Source: Alphaproteobacteria bacterium CG_4_10_14_0_8_um_filter_37_21 (GTDB lineage: Bacteria; Pseudomonadota; Alphaproteobacteria; Paracaedibacterales; UBA11393). From it: a DNA stretch of 64,000 nucleotides. The first letter of the stretch is position 1. Each line of letters opens with the position of its first letter. The position numbers and the translations under genes are program-made. Shown piece by piece: positions 52,463 to 62,333 of this stretch. Under the pieces are notes generated by a model. It was not told the origin of the DNA. It made no database searches and saw only the letters and a program-made list of their open reading frames with translations. The stretch covers positions 33,646 through 97,645 of the forward strand of contig PFNE01000032.1 of the NCBI GenBank assembly GCA_002791835.1, written 5' to 3'.

Positions 52463-53032
52463 ATGGCAAAAAAAACAATTTTCTTTGATCAGGTTGAACA
52501 TGTACTGCAAGATCACCTATTGCACCATGATATAACGCATAATATTCCTATATTATATATTCACCCAGCTTCTTTAGTCCGCGTCTTAACAATACTGCGC
52601 GATCATCATTTGTTTTTATTCAAACAATTGGTTGATATTGTCGCAATCGATTATCCTGGCCGACTGCAGCGCTTTGAACTGACATACCACCTACTAAGCC
52701 TTCAAAATAATGAACGTGTATTTTTAAAAGTTGGGGTCAAAGACCAAGAAAAAATATCAACAGTTACACATATTTTACCAAACGCCCATTGGTACGAACG
52801 TGAAGTTTGGGACATGATGGGGGTTTCTTTTAAAGATCACCCTAACCTTGAACGTATTTTGACGGACTATAATTTTGAGGGGCACCCCTTAAGAAAAGAC
52901 TTTCCATTAACTGGGCATACACAAGTCTATTATGATCAAGAAAAGCAAAAAGTTGATTATCAACCCGTGGCCTTAGAACAAAATTATAGAATTTTTGACT
53001 TTGAGTCCCCATGGGCAAACAAAAACTCTTAA
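52463..53032 (+). CDS. nuoC: NADH-quinone oxidoreductase subunit C
   Basis: 189 aa. NAHWYEREVWDMMGVSFKDHPNLERILTDYNFEGHPLRKDFPLTG is the NuoC/30-kDa subunit signature. Confidence 0.88.
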   Translation: MAKKTIFFDQVEHVLQDHLLHHDITHNIPILYIHPASLVRVLTILRDHHLFLFKQLVDIVAIDYPGRLQRFELTYHLLSLQNNERVFLKVGVKDQEKISTVTHILPNAHWYEREVWDMMGVSFKDHPNLERILTDYNFEGHPLRKDFPLTGHTQVYYDQEKQKVDYQPVALEQNYRIFDFESPWANKNS

Positions 53033-53083
53033 CCTCCATATATATATTATAATGCACCCTTTTTACAACGGGGGTTAAGTCAA

Positions 53084-53120
53084 TTGATAAAAAAACCCTG
53101 AAACATAAATTGTTCCAGGG
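53084..53120 (-). terminator. Intrinsic terminator downstream of pnp
   Basis: Minus strand reads CCCTGGAAC, a 7-nt loop, GTTTCAGGG, then TTTTTTT. The stem is 9 bp with one mismatch. Confidence 0.55.
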
Positions 53121-53149
53121 TTCATACTTATTAAAATTGTTATTAGAAA

Positions 53150-55252
53150 TTAAGCACTTTTTACTTCAGTTTCTAAACACGCCTTCATACTTAGTCGTAC
53201 TTTATTACCATCCATACCAATAACTTTTACTTTAACCACGTCGCCTTCTTTAACTACATCTATTACTTTTGCAACACGTTCATTGTTAAGTTCACTAATA
53301 TGAACCAAGCCTTCACGTGGCCCCATAAAGGCTACAAAAGCACCAAAGTCAGCTGTTTTCATAACTTTACCGTCATAGATTTTACCAATTTCTGGCTCTG
53401 CAGTAATAGCATCAATCATATCATAAGCAATATTTAAACTGTTTTGATCAATTGCAGCAATTGTAATTGTTCCACTTTCATCAATATCAACCTTAGCGCC
53501 CGACTTTTCACAGATATCACGAATTACTTTTCCACCAGCACCGATTACTTCACGAATTTTATCTTTTGGAATTTTGATCGTTGTCATCTTTGGGGCATTA
53601 TCATTTAATTCAGAGCGTGAGGTTTTGATAACTTTATTCATTTCACCAAGGATATAAATACGTGCATCTTTTGCTTGCGCTAAGGCTTGTGTCATAATGT
53701 CATGGTTAATACTTGTTATTTTAATATCCATTTGAAGGGCCGTTACGCCCTCATTAGTACCAGCAACCTTAAAATCCATATCACCAAGGTAATCTTCATC
53801 ACCCAAAATATCTGTTAAAACAGCAAAATCTTCTTTTTCTTTAATCAAACCCATTGCAATACCAGCAACTGGTTTTTTCATAGGTACACCGCAATCCATT
53901 AACGCAAGGGATGTTCCGCAAACAGTTGCCATAGAAGATGAACCATTAGATTCTGTAATTTCAGATACAGCGCGTATAGAGTATCCAAATTCTTCACGTG
54001 TTGGCAACATAGCATTAAGCGCCCGCATAGCAAGTTTTCCATGACCAATTTCACGACGACCAGGTGCACCTAAACGTCCACATTCACCAACGGAGTAAGG
54101 AGGGAAGTTATAGTTCAGCATAAAACGTTGCTTACTTTCACCAAATAAAGAATCCACGGTTTGTTCATCTTGCGCAGTTCCTAAAGTAATGGCGACCATT
54201 GCTTGCGTTTCTCCACGTGTAAATAAAGCACTACCGTGTGCACGCGTTAAAACACCTACTTCAGGTATTATTTTACGAACATCACTTAATCCACGGCCAT
54301 CAATACGTTTCTTGCTTTTTAAAATATCTAAACGAAGAATATCAGCTTCCATGCCTTTTAAAGCACCTGCTAATAGTACAGAATTTGTATCTGGATTTTT
54401 TTCCAAAATTGCATCTGTCGTTTTAGCTTTAATATCTTTAATCGCTTGTGTACGTTCTTGCTTATCTTGAAGTGCATAAGCAGCTTTTAGATCTTTCTCG
54501 CATAGTGCTTTACAATCTTTAAGAAGTTCTTCTTTGGCTTTACTATTATCTTCAACAGCCCAAGCTTCTTTGCCAACTTCTTTTGCAAGCTTTTCAATCA
54601 TATCGATAATTGGCAGATATGCTTTTTTACCAAATTCCACAGCGCCAAGCATAATTTCCTCTGAAAGCTCATCGGCTTCAGATTCAACCATTAAAACACC
54701 TTCTTTTGTACCAGCAACAACCAAATCAAGGCTAGATTTTTCTTGCTGTTCAGGTGTTGGGTTTAAAATATATTCACCGTCAATATACCCAACGCGACTA
54801 CAGGCAACAGGTCCTGCAAAAGGCATTCCAGAAATGCTTAGTGCAGCAGATGCACCAGCCATAGCAGCAATACAAAGATCAGATTCGCCATCGGAAGACA
54901 TGACTGTACAAACAATTTGCACTTCATTGTAATAACCAGCAGGAAAAAGTGGGCGAATAGGTCTGTCGATCAAACGTGAGGTTAAGACTTCACTTTCAGA
55001 TGGTTTTGTTTCACGTTTAATATAACCACCCGGAATACGGCCTGCAGCATACATTTTTTCAATATAATGTACTGAAAGTGGGAAAAAATCTGTCCCTGGT
55101 TTTGCTTGTTTTGCACCAACGGCTGTACATAAAATTTGTGCGTCACCATAACGAACCATAACAGATCCGTCAGCTTGGCGTGCAATACGGCCTGTCTCGA
55201 AGGATAACTTTTTATTGCCTAATGAAATTTCTTTTGTCTTAACTTCAAACAT
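53150..55252 (-). CDS. pnp: Polyribonucleotide nucleotidyltransferase (PNPase)
   Basis: Start moved to ATG 55252 (MFEVKTKEI). Two RNase PH domains, a KH domain and a C-terminal S1 domain ([18 protein letters not shown]). Confidence 0.96.
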   Translation of the reverse strand: MFEVKTKEISLGNKKLSFETGRIARQADGSVMVRYGDAQILCTAVGAKQAKPGTDFFPLSVHYIEKMYAAGRIPGGYIKRETKPSESEVLTSRLIDRPIRPLFPAGYYNEVQIVCTVMSSDGESDLCIAAMAGASAALSISGMPFAGPVACSRVGYIDGEYILNPTPEQQEKSSLDLVVAGTKEGVLMVESEADELSEEIMLGAVEFGKKAYLPIIDMIEKLAKEVGKEAWAVEDNSKAKEELLKDCKALCEKDLKAAYALQDKQERTQAIKDIKAKTTDAILEKNPDTNSVLLAGALKGMEADILRLDILKSKKRIDGRGLSDVRKIIPEVGVLTRAHGSALFTRGETQAMVAITLGTAQDEQTVDSLFGESKQRFMLNYNFPPYSVGECGRLGAPGRREIGHGKLAMRALNAMLPTREEFGYSIRAVSEITESNGSSSMATVCGTSLALMDCGVPMKKPVAGIAMGLIKEKEDFAVLTDILGDEDYLGDMDFKVAGTNEGVTALQMDIKITSINHDIMTQALAQAKDARIYILGEMNKVIKTSRSELNDNAPKMTTIKIPKDKIREVIGAGGKVIRDICEKSGAKVDIDESGTITIAAIDQNSLNIAYDMIDAITAEPEIGKIYDGKVMKTADFGAFVAFMGPREGLVHISELNNERVAKVIDVVKEGDVVKVKVIGMDGNKVRLSMKACLETEVKSA

Positions 55253-55388
55253 TCTTTCTCTTTTCCTGTAAAAAAAGGGCACACTAGATAGCGGCCCTCA
55301 AATTTATTGCAAAACATCCTTTTGGTTCAATAAAAAACACGTTATGACCTAAGGTTAATAATTGCAATATAATAATCTCTTTTAATAA

Positions 55389-55658
55389 TTAACGGCGTAA
55401 TTCTAGACGTTTAATTAAATTTTGATAACGCTCAACGCTTTCACGATTTAAATAGCTTAAAAGTTTACGACGTTGGCTAACCAATTTTAACAGTCCGTGA
55501 CGTGAGTGAAAATCTTTTTTATGATCATTCATGTGTGCTGTTAAGTTTTTAATACGTGTTGTCATAATAGCAACCTGAACTTCAGGTGAACCTGTATCAT
55601 TTGCATTAATTGCATACGCTTTAATAACTTTTGCTTTTTCTTCTGTAGTAATCGACAT
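55389..55658 (-). CDS. rpsO: 30S ribosomal protein S15
   Basis: Start moved to ATG 55658 ([12 protein letters not shown]). [18 protein letters not shown]-like [16 protein letters not shown]. 89 aa. Confidence 0.95.
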   Translation of the reverse strand: MSITTEEKAKVIKAYAINANDTGSPEVQVAIMTTRIKNLTAHMNDHKKDFHSRHGLLKLVSQRRKLLSYLNRESVERYQNLIKRLELRR

Positions 55659-55888
55659 CATTTTTCCTTTATATAAAAAGTTTTCCATACACGATCTTTA
55701 AAACCATTATGCCGAGATGTCGCCCAGTCATAATTTATAAAGAAAGCAATTGTAATTAGTATAATCCATTTCACCATAAAACAGAAGAAAAATGTCTTAT
55801 TTCTGCAGATTAAGAAGGTGTGAGGCTATTTTAAATTTTTGCAGCGATTAAAATTTATGTAATTTTTTATACCTAATAATCCCAAAAT

Positions 55889-56080
55889 CTAAATAGGTGC
55901 CAAAAAAAACAAAGCCCACAAAAAATAATTTCGTGGGCCTTAAAAACATGAAGATTAGCGTTAAACTAATTATCCAGCATTAATGGATGATTGCGTTTCA
56001 GCACATGGTTCTTGTGCAGGTACTTGTGCAAAAACAACACCAGTAGTTAATACGCATAAAAGTGATAATAATTTTACCAT
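55889..56080 (-). CDS. Candidate small ORF (63 codons) with a signal-peptide-like N-terminus; alternatively an sRNA
   Basis: Not in the supplied track; derived by hand. ACAGGAGAAGAATA precedes ATG 56080. The product is MVKLLSLLCVLTTGVVFAQVPAQEPCAETQSSIKCW.... The ORF's stop lies 3' of the terminator U-tract, so the coding status of the 3' part is doubtful. Confidence 0.3.
55901..55938 (-). terminator. Intrinsic terminator of the small 56080-start transcription unit
   Basis: Minus strand reads GCCCAC, a 12-nt loop, GTGGGC, then TTTGTTTTTTTTGG. Confidence 0.55.
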
Positions 56081-56356
56081 TATTCTTCTCCTGTTTACTT
56101 ATTGACGTATAGGGAAATCTATACAAGGACAACTTAACATATATAAACAAAATGTCAAAATATTGATTAGAATTTTAATAGTTTATTGGACTTTATACGG
56201 ACGCGGGTTCTGTTACAGCTGATCATAAATGCCAAAATACCTGTGTTTTTACCGCTGCACATGTTTTAAAAACATTCATAAGACAACCAAAAAAAGTAGG
56301 CATTAATTTGCATTAACACCTATTTATCAAAACCAGCAGTCTGTAACTTAGAAGAA

Positions 56357-57766
56357 TTAGCCGTTTTGGCTAAATTGCATAACTTGGTTGCCACGGCGCA
56401 TTGTAATAGAAATTAAGCCTTTTTCAGCAGCTTCCACTACTTGTTGCGCCTTTGATATTTCTTTTCCATTAATTTTAATAATTTCATCATATTCCTGTAT
56501 GTACCGTGCGAAACCTATTTGTTTTTGGCTGTACTGTTCAGGTGTTTTAAGGATAATCGTCTTCCCTTTTAATGAATGTGGCAAGTTTTTACTGCCTATT
56601 AAAAAATCTGTAACATCTGTTATCACATAGCCACTTAACAAGTTATCCCCTTTAATTTCTATGGCTGTTACCCGCTCAGATTCAGGAACAGAAGGCAGTT
56701 TTTCTGTTATTTTTTGGATGCCACTATTTTGTCTCCAAATAATTAGTGTGATGTCATCATTTAGATTTGTTGTTTTTACACGAAAGTCAAAAATCGCCAC
56801 ATTATCAACAGGATAATTATTAACAGATAAAATAACGTCCTTAGGTTTTATTTTATTTGCAAAGGGGCTTTTCTCATGAACGGTTAAAACCATCACGCCG
56901 CCTTGGTACTCCTTAATTTTAAATCCATCCAAAGCTTTTGCTATATTATATGAAAAATCTTGACCAGAAATACCAACCCAAACTGGTTTGTGCTGAATAT
57001 TATTTTCCACTTGATAAATGATTGATTTAATTAAACGAATGGGTTTCGCAAACCCCACACCGTGACTAGCACCAGTTTTTGTAACAATAGCATTGGGCAT
57101 TCCAACATATTGCCCATGCTGATTAAAAAGCCCCCCACCAGAGTTTCCTGGATTCACGGCAGCATCTATTTGCATCACCACATCACCGTCAAGCACCCGA
57201 TTGAATGCAGAAATAATACCGCCTGTAATAGATTGACCAATACCAAAAGCATTACCAACGGCATACACGGGCTCTGCTATTACTAAATCATCTGAATCCC
57301 CTAATTGTGCTACAGGGAATTCTTCTGATGATGTTGTTTTAATCGCTAAAAGCGCAATATCTTGATAAGAATCTTGATACAATATTGTGGCTTCAAATTC
57401 ACGACCATCGTTCAATTTAACAAGAATTTTTTCAGCGTCTTTCACAACGTGGGCACAGGTAGCAACAAGACCCTTAGCATTTACGATAACACCTGACCCG
57501 CTGCCCATACTAACTTGTGGGGGTTGCATGCGGTTTCCAAAAAAGAACTGAAATGTTGGGTCGCCCATAAAAGGGTTAAAAAGATCGTGTTTATTGGTTT
57601 GACTTACATGTAAATTGACAACAGATTTAGATGCTTTATTAATTGCATCTGCCGTTTTGCTGAATATATTTTCACATTTTACAAATTTATTTTCATCACA
57701 AAATCCAGGGTTAACACATAAGAAACCACAGATAGATAAAGACATTATTTTTGATCTTAAAAACAT
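56357..57766 (-). CDS. Periplasmic serine endoprotease, DegP/HtrA family
   Basis: 469 aa with a signal sequence. Catalytic triad contexts are ATCAHVV, YQDIALL and GNSGGGLFN. PDZ-like C-terminal region. Confidence 0.88.
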   Translation of the reverse strand: MFLRSKIMSLSICGFLCVNPGFCDENKFVKCENIFSKTADAINKASKSVVNLHVSQTNKHDLFNPFMGDPTFQFFFGNRMQPPQVSMGSGSGVIVNAKGLVATCAHVVKDAEKILVKLNDGREFEATILYQDSYQDIALLAIKTTSSEEFPVAQLGDSDDLVIAEPVYAVGNAFGIGQSITGGIISAFNRVLDGDVVMQIDAAVNPGNSGGGLFNQHGQYVGMPNAIVTKTGASHGVGFAKPIRLIKSIIYQVENNIQHKPVWVGISGQDFSYNIAKALDGFKIKEYQGGVMVLTVHEKSPFANKIKPKDVILSVNNYPVDNVAIFDFRVKTTNLNDDITLIIWRQNSGIQKITEKLPSVPESERVTAIEIKGDNLLSGYVITDVTDFLIGSKNLPHSLKGKTIILKTPEQYSQKQIGFARYIQEYDEIIKINGKEISKAQQVVEAAEKGLISITMRRGNQVMQFSQNG

Positions 57767-57803
57767 AGGCTACACTTAATTAAATCAATACACATTTATA
57801 ATA

Positions 57804-58553
57804 TCATTTTAAAAGCGTTATCGTAATACGTCTATTTTTTGAAGAGGTGGGATTTTTATCATCAAATAATTCTTTAGATTCCTGCCCACGAATAAAATAC
57901 ATGCGCCCTGCATTAACACCATTTTTTTCTAGTCTTTTACGCGTTGCATTTGCGCGATCTGCAGACAGTTCCCAATTTGAATAATCTTTTGTATTTGTGT
58001 ATTGCACAGCATCAGTATGGCCAGTAATACTTATCTTATTTACTGTTCCGTTTATGATGATTGAAATTTCTTTTAATAAATCTTTCATTGATCCTAACAT
58101 TTCAACACCCCCAGGTACAAACATGGATCGCCCATCAGTATCAACAATGTTAATATTTAGCCCAGTGGGCGTTAATTCAAGATGAATATGCTGCATCATA
58201 GACTTTAAAAGTTTATTCTCTAAAATAAACTTTTCTATTGTTGACTTCATCTTCTTTAATGGTATATTGCCTGCTAAAGACATTTCTTCTTCTATTGCAT
58301 CTTTTACTGATAACACTTCATCTGTTGGCTCGCCATCATCAATTTTTGTAAAATTCGGTGTAAAATAGTCTGCAATACCTTTTTTTTGTTCAACAGTCAC
58401 GGTATTAATGAGCCACATCAGCATAAAAAATGCCATCATCGCTGTTACAAAATCTGCATAGGCAATCTTCCAGGCACCACCATGATGTGCATGCCCAACT
58501 TTTTTAAAGATTTTCTTAACAATTTTTATTTCTTGTTTATCTGTCACGATCAA
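57804..58553 (-). CDS. motB: Flagellar motor stator protein MotB
   Basis: HGGAWKIAYADFVTAMMAFFMLMWL carries the conserved plug/TM with the Asp. OmpA-like C-terminus (ITGHTD...NWELSADRANATR). Confidence 0.85.
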   Translation of the reverse strand: MIVTDKQEIKIVKKIFKKVGHAHHGGAWKIAYADFVTAMMAFFMLMWLINTVTVEQKKGIADYFTPNFTKIDDGEPTDEVLSVKDAIEEEMSLAGNIPLKKMKSTIEKFILENKLLKSMMQHIHLELTPTGLNINIVDTDGRSMFVPGGVEMLGSMKDLLKEISIIINGTVNKISITGHTDAVQYTNTKDYSNWELSADRANATRKRLEKNGVNAGRMYFIRGQESKELFDDKNPTSSKNRRITITLLK

Positions 58554-58556
58554 CCT

Positions 58557-59411
58557 TTACAATTCGATTGCATTGAGTGTTTCTTCCATTTCTATATAGG
58601 TTGGCCTAAACTCATGTTCAATACATTTTCTAGCAGATTCAGCTGCAATGATTGGTGGTAACTTATTCATAAAGCCAACAATACCGGCCTTAATACAATC
58701 GTAATATTTATTGTCAAGTTCTATAATTTGCGCCATACGTGCAGCTGTTGGCGCAATCATCCCGTAAGACGTTAAGATGCCAAAAAAGGTTCCAACCAAG
58801 GCACCACCAATTAAACCCCCTAAAATTTCAGGCGGCTTATCAATAGAGCCCATTGTTTTGATAACACCTAATACAGCTGCAACAATACCTAGGGCGGGCA
58901 TACTATCTGCCAGTATATTCATTGCCGCCGCCTTTTGCATGTTTTCATGTTGAATAGCCTCTACTTCATCGCGCATCATATCATCAATGATCATTGGATC
59001 TTCAACACCCATACTAATCATACGAATATAATCACAAAATAAATCAACGGCAATATGGTTATTTAAGAACGTGGGATATTTTTGAAAAATACTACTTTCA
59101 TGTGGGGATTCAATATGTACTTCTATAGCGATCATACTTTTTGTTCGTGAAAGCTTAAATATTGAGTATAAAACACCTAAAAGTTCTAAATACTCTTTTT
59201 TCTGCAAGCATTTATCTGCCATAGCACTGGTCATTGCGCGCATAATTTTTTTAATAAAATTCATTCTATTAGCAGATAGAAAAGCCCCAATTCCACTTCC
59301 TAGAATTATTAAATATTCAAAAGGTTGCCACAAAACAGCAAGGTTTCCGCCCATGCAAACATAACCTACACCAATGGATAAGGTAACAATAATTAATCCA
59401 ATATAGTACAT
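58557..59411 (-). CDS. motA: Flagellar motor stator protein MotA
   Basis: 284 aa and collinear with E. coli MotA: GGNLAVLWQPFEYLIILGSGIGAF, SMPALGIVAAVLGVI, ALVGTFFGILTSYG and PPIIAAESARK. Confidence 0.87.
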   Translation of the reverse strand: MYYIGLIIVTLSIGVGYVCMGGNLAVLWQPFEYLIILGSGIGAFLSANRMNFIKKIMRAMTSAMADKCLQKKEYLELLGVLYSIFKLSRTKSMIAIEVHIESPHESSIFQKYPTFLNNHIAVDLFCDYIRMISMGVEDPMIIDDMMRDEVEAIQHENMQKAAAMNILADSMPALGIVAAVLGVIKTMGSIDKPPEILGGLIGGALVGTFFGILTSYGMIAPTAARMAQIIELDNKYYDCIKAGIVGFMNKLPPIIAAESARKCIEHEFRPTYIEMEETLNAIEL

Positions 59412-59483
59412 ATTTTAAAAGTAAAAAGATTTTATTCTATCTTTATTTTACAGTTCATACCCTTAAGAAATACTTAAAATTTA

Positions 59484-60923
59484 TCAAGAATATTTGTTTA
59501 AGTTTATTTGATTCATGGCATATTTTCCAGGGGCAGGTCGAAGCGTTTCAAATGTGTCATTTTTTTGTGCCAAATGTTTACCACCCATTTTTTTTACTAT
59601 CCATGAAGACCAATTTCCCCACCAAGACCCATCGTGCTTAACAATTTCCTGTTTTTCATGACAATATGTTGAAAAATGATATTTATTTTGTGTGGGTGGA
59701 TTAATGATGCCAGCAATGTGACCCGACCCACCAAGAATATATTCCACATTATTTCCATTTGTTCTGAGCGCTAAAGCCGAAGCAGGGGGTACGATATGAT
59801 CCTTTTCAGTTGCCACAACAAAAGTTGGAAGCGTTAAATTATTTATATTTATTTTTTTTTGTTCTATAGAGTATTGGCCTTGAATTAGTTGATTTTTTAG
59901 CAAGAATTTTTCTAAATATTCTAAATGAAGTTTTGCTGGAATATTAATTGAATCCATATTCCAATATAAAATATCATTTTCAATAGGTTCTTTATTTAAG
60001 TAGTATTGATCAACCATATTTTTAAAAATAAGACTTTCTGATTTTAGTAAACAAAACATTTTAAACAGATCATCTCCAGATTGATAGCCCTTTGACATTA
60101 TCTTATCTACATATAAAGAAAAATTTTCGTTTGTTATAAATTGTTTCATTTGATGTAAGTGTGAAAAATCGACAGGTGTCGCTAAAAGTGATAGTGACTT
60201 TATTTGTGTATGATTATTTCTTATTGATGCAATAAGTGCTGCAAGACCACCAACACAGAATCCTAATAGATGTAGGGGCTTATTAATTATAGAAACACTT
60301 TTTTCTACACCCTTTATAATATAGTCCTCTAACCCAATATCTATATCAATGTAAGTAGCACTTTTCCAGGAGATAATAAAAACATCAATTCCTTCCTTAA
60401 GACAGTACTGTATAAAAGATTGCTCCTTATTTATGTCTAAGATGTAGTATTTATTGATCCAAGGTGGGGAGATTAGTAAGGGCTCTTTATATATATCACG
60501 ACAAAGTGGTTTATAGTGAATGAGTTCAATAATATGATTTTCATAAATAACATCACCTTTTGAGGGGGCTAAATTATCGCCAAGGTAATTATTTTGGATT
60601 TTGCTAAGTGTTGGAATTTTATTTTCCTGAACATCTTTAATCCACTTTTGAAATCCTTCTCGCATACTTAACCCGCCATCATGCAATATATTTTCCATAA
60701 CATTTTTATTTGTAAATGGATAATATTTTGGATTGCTGATAATTTTTAGATGCTCAAGGCATTGATCCATGTCTCGCACACCAACATTATGCAATATATG
60801 ACGCATTGAATCTAGGGCATCTGCTCCTAAATCATATTCCGAATTTATGAAGTCCAAAATCTTACTATGCATGTGAACATCTTTTGCATGGAATTCATTT
60901 AAATTATATGTTACTTTGTTCAT
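59484..60923 (-). CDS. phaC: Poly(3-hydroxyalkanoate) synthase PhaC-like alpha/beta hydrolase
   Basis: 479 aa. Lipase-box variant with Cys (LLGFCVGGLA), ATEKDHIVP, and GGSGHIAGIINPP. It is shorter at the N-terminus than typical class I enzymes. Confidence 0.78.
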   Translation of the reverse strand: MNKVTYNLNEFHAKDVHMHSKILDFINSEYDLGADALDSMRHILHNVGVRDMDQCLEHLKIISNPKYYPFTNKNVMENILHDGGLSMREGFQKWIKDVQENKIPTLSKIQNNYLGDNLAPSKGDVIYENHIIELIHYKPLCRDIYKEPLLISPPWINKYYILDINKEQSFIQYCLKEGIDVFIISWKSATYIDIDIGLEDYIIKGVEKSVSIINKPLHLLGFCVGGLAALIASIRNNHTQIKSLSLLATPVDFSHLHQMKQFITNENFSLYVDKIMSKGYQSGDDLFKMFCLLKSESLIFKNMVDQYYLNKEPIENDILYWNMDSINIPAKLHLEYLEKFLLKNQLIQGQYSIEQKKININNLTLPTFVVATEKDHIVPPASALALRTNGNNVEYILGGSGHIAGIINPPTQNKYHFSTYCHEKQEIVKHDGSWWGNWSSWIVKKMGGKHLAQKNDTFETLRPAPGKYAMNQINLNKYS

Positions 60924-60948
60924 GATACCTCTTCTCTATTCTTATTTT

Positions 60949-61554
60949 ATGCCATTAAAAGTAAATAAATCCTTAACGCCCCCAATTGTTTCACGTGAAA
61001 CAATTGACAGTTTCAAATCATATTACGAGTTGTTGTATCGGTGGAATAAATCAATTTCCCTGATGAAAATCTCTAATTGGGATGAATTTTATCAAAGGCA
61101 CATGATCGACAGCATTCAGCTTTGCGAACTTATAGATAAAGTTGTAAGAATAATTGATATTGGTAGTGGTGCGGGAATCCCTGGTATACCATTATCAATT
61201 ATGGGATATAATGTGACTATGGTAGAGTCAACTTTAAAGAAAACAACATTCTTAAAGCAAAGTATTAACAGCTTAAAATTAAATGCACATGTAATATCAG
61301 ATAGAATTGAAAATACTAACTTCAATGAACCTGTTACTGTCACGGCTAGAGCCCTGACATCTCTTGAAAACTTACTCTCTTACATGGAAAATGTTTCACG
61401 TGAAACAGTCGGTATATTTTTAAAAGGTAAAACCCTGGAAAATGAAATAGTGAAAGCAAAAAAAGAATGGTTGTTTGATTCTCAAATATATAATAGCATT
61501 ACAGGAGATGGTTATATTATTAAAGTAACAAATTTGAAACGGAAAAGCACATAA
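60949..61554 (+). CDS. rsmG: 16S rRNA (guanine527-N7)-methyltransferase RsmG (GidB)
   Basis: VSRETIDSFKSYYELLYRWNKSISL and a SAM motif IIDIGSGAGIPGIPL. The start is ambiguous (TTG 60916, ATG 60922 or ATG 60949); the first two would overlap the phaC start codon. Confidence 0.85.
   Translation: MPLKVNKSLTPPIVSRETIDSFKSYYELLYRWNKSISLMKISNWDEFYQRHMIDSIQLCELIDKVVRIIDIGSGAGIPGIPLSIMGYNVTMVESTLKKTTFLKQSINSLKLNAHVISDRIENTNFNEPVTVTARALTSLENLLSYMENVSRETVGIFLKGKTLENEIVKAKKEWLFDSQIYNSITGDGYIIKVTNLKRKST
60987..61002. promoter_or_regulatory. parS site 1 (perfect consensus), the core of a 24-bp perfect palindrome at 60983-61006
   Basis: TGTTTCACGTGAAACA, with the extended palindrome CAATTGTTTCACGTGAAACAATTG. 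Confidence 0.88.
61392..61407. promoter_or_regulatory. parS site 2 (perfect consensus)
   Basis: TGTTTCACGTGAAACA inside rsmG, 405 bp from site 1 and about 150 bp upstream of parA. Confidence 0.88.
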
Positions 61555-62333
61555 TGTCAAAAATTATTGTCATTGCCAACCAAAAAGGTGGTGTTGGGAA
61601 AACCACAACATCAGTAAACATTGCAACAGCACTTGCTGCTGCAGATAAAAAAGTCCTTTTAATTGATCTTGATCCACAAGCAAATGCTTCTACAGGCCTT
61701 GGCATATCTAGGGGCGAGCGTAAATTCACCTCATACCATCTGTTAATAGATGGATGCACTGTTGGCGAAGCCATCATGCAATCAATCGTTCCAGGGCTTT
61801 CAATTATACCCTCATCTATAGAACTTATTGGTGCTGAGATTGAACTTGTAGATAAGCATGAGCGTGAACATTGTTTAAGAAAAATGATAGAACCTTATAA
61901 AAATATGTTTGATTATATTTTTATAGATTGTCCACCATCAATGGGGCTTCTTACATTAAATGCACTCGTTTGTGCAGATTCAGTTTTAGTACCACTGCAA
62001 TGCGAATACTATGCCTTAGAAGGGTTAAGTTATCTCCTCAATTCTATACAAAAAGTTAGAGCTAACTTTAATAATAGTTTAAAACTATTCGGTGTTGTTC
62101 TAACGATGTTTGACAAAAGAAGTGGCCTTTGCGCTCAGGTTGCTAAGGATGTTAGGAAACACCTGAAAAACAAAGTATTTCAAACGGTTATCCCTAGAAA
62201 TGTACGCGTATCAGAGGCGCCATCCCACGGGAAGCCTGTGTTATTATACGACGTTCATTCAACAGGATCAAAAGCATATATGGGACTTGCAAAAGAAATA
62301 TTACAACAAGAAAAAGAAAGAATAGCAGCATGA
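61554..62333 (+). CDS. parA: Chromosome partitioning ATPase ParA (Soj)
   Basis: IIVIANQKGGVGKTTTSVNIA carries the deviant Walker A. LIDLDPQANAS is also present. Its start overlaps the rsmG stop (TAATG). Confidence 0.93.
   Translation: MSKIIVIANQKGGVGKTTTSVNIATALAAADKKVLLIDLDPQANASTGLGISRGERKFTSYHLLIDGCTVGEAIMQSIVPGLSIIPSSIELIGAEIELVDKHEREHCLRKMIEPYKNMFDYIFIDCPPSMGLLTLNALVCADSVLVPLQCEYYALEGLSYLLNSIQKVRANFNNSLKLFGVVLTMFDKRSGLCAQVAKDVRKHLKNKVFQTVIPRNVRVSEAPSHGKPVLLYDVHSTGSKAYMGLAKEILQQEKERIAA

Noticed and set aside
57804-59411. motA/motB pair as a possible Zorya-type (ZorAB) anti-phage module
   Set aside because: MotA here is 284 aa and collinear with flagellar MotA, with no long ZorA-like tail. 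No ZorC/D-like genes follow; the downstream gene is a DegP-family protease.
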